A program made the position numbers and the translations under genes. Shown here piece after piece: positions 63,341 through 64,000 of a stretch of DNA of 64,000 nt. How positions within the stretch are numbered: position 1 is the first letter of the stretch; each line of letters begins with the position of its first letter. The notes beneath the pieces were generated by a model. That model saw only the letters and a program-made list of their open reading frames with translations. It had not been told where the DNA came from and did not search any database. This DNA comes from Mobula birostris (Eukaryota). The DNA lies in the NCBI RefSeq assembly GCF_030028105.1, contig NC_092383.1, positions 85,889,921 through 85,953,920 on the forward strand. The letters run 5' to 3'.

Positions 63341-64000
63341 GAACTGGGAAAGTTGCCAATGAAATAAATGGCTGGAATTGAATTCAGGCAGTGTGAGGTG
63401 TTGTATTTCGGGAAATTAAACAAGGACAGTAGAGAACTAGGTGTGTAACTAAATGGGTCTCTGAAAGTGGCATCGCAGGTGGACAAAGTGGTGAACAAGG
63501 CAGATGCCATGCTTGCCTTCAATGGATGAGGCAATAAGTACAGTTGGGATGGCATGTTACAGCTATAAAGAACACTGTCTAGACCTCACCTCAATTGCTG
63601 TGTGCAGTTCCAGAGGAAGGGCATGATTAAATTAGAGAGAGCGCAGAAAACGTTCACATAGACCGACCCCTGCAGAACACCATGAGTCACTGATAGAAAA
63701 CAGAAATGCCCCCATTATTCCCACTCTTTGCCTCCTGCCAGCCAGCTAATCTTCTATGCACATGAGTATCTTTCCTGTGGTACCACGGATGCTTATCATG
63801 TTCAGCAGCCTGATGTGTGACACCTTGTCAAAGGCCTTCCAAAAATCCAAGTAAACAACATCCACTGATTTTTATTTGTCTATCCTGCCTGTTATTTCCT
63901 CCAAGAATTCCAACATCCTTTTCAGGTAAGATTTCCCCTTGAGGAAACCATATTTTCTCATATGCATCCAAGTACCCCGAAACATCATCCCTAATAATGG

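Overview
Eukaryotic genomic DNA, most likely from a cartilaginous fish such as a ray or skate (inferred from the CR1, L1, Rex1, Penelope, Tc1-mariner and Gypsy repeat content and from the receptor family). About three quarters is decayed, often nested, transposable elements. The unique sequence is a minus-strand tandem cluster of CD300/pIgR/TREM-like immune receptor genes with a V domain plus a C2 domain, resembling the skate MDIR (modular domain immune-type receptor) family. I resolved 1 signal-peptide exon, 4 V exons, 3 C2 exons, 3 stalk exons, 2 Arg-containing TM exons each followed by a 6-aa tail exon (activating type), and 1 orphan ITIM-bearing tail exon (inhibitory type). These appear to be remnants of about five paralogous copies, and none is complete on its own. 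However, the intact exons from different copies join in phase into one 305-aa activating receptor ORF (36499 to 8844). The same leader and V exon could instead splice to the orphan ITIM exon in a shifted frame and give a 150-aa secreted V domain. A perfect 33-bp inverted repeat covers the stalk-exon splice acceptor. All exon models were read by hand from the sequence with no expression data. Transposon boundaries are approximate unless target-site duplications (TSDs) are quoted.
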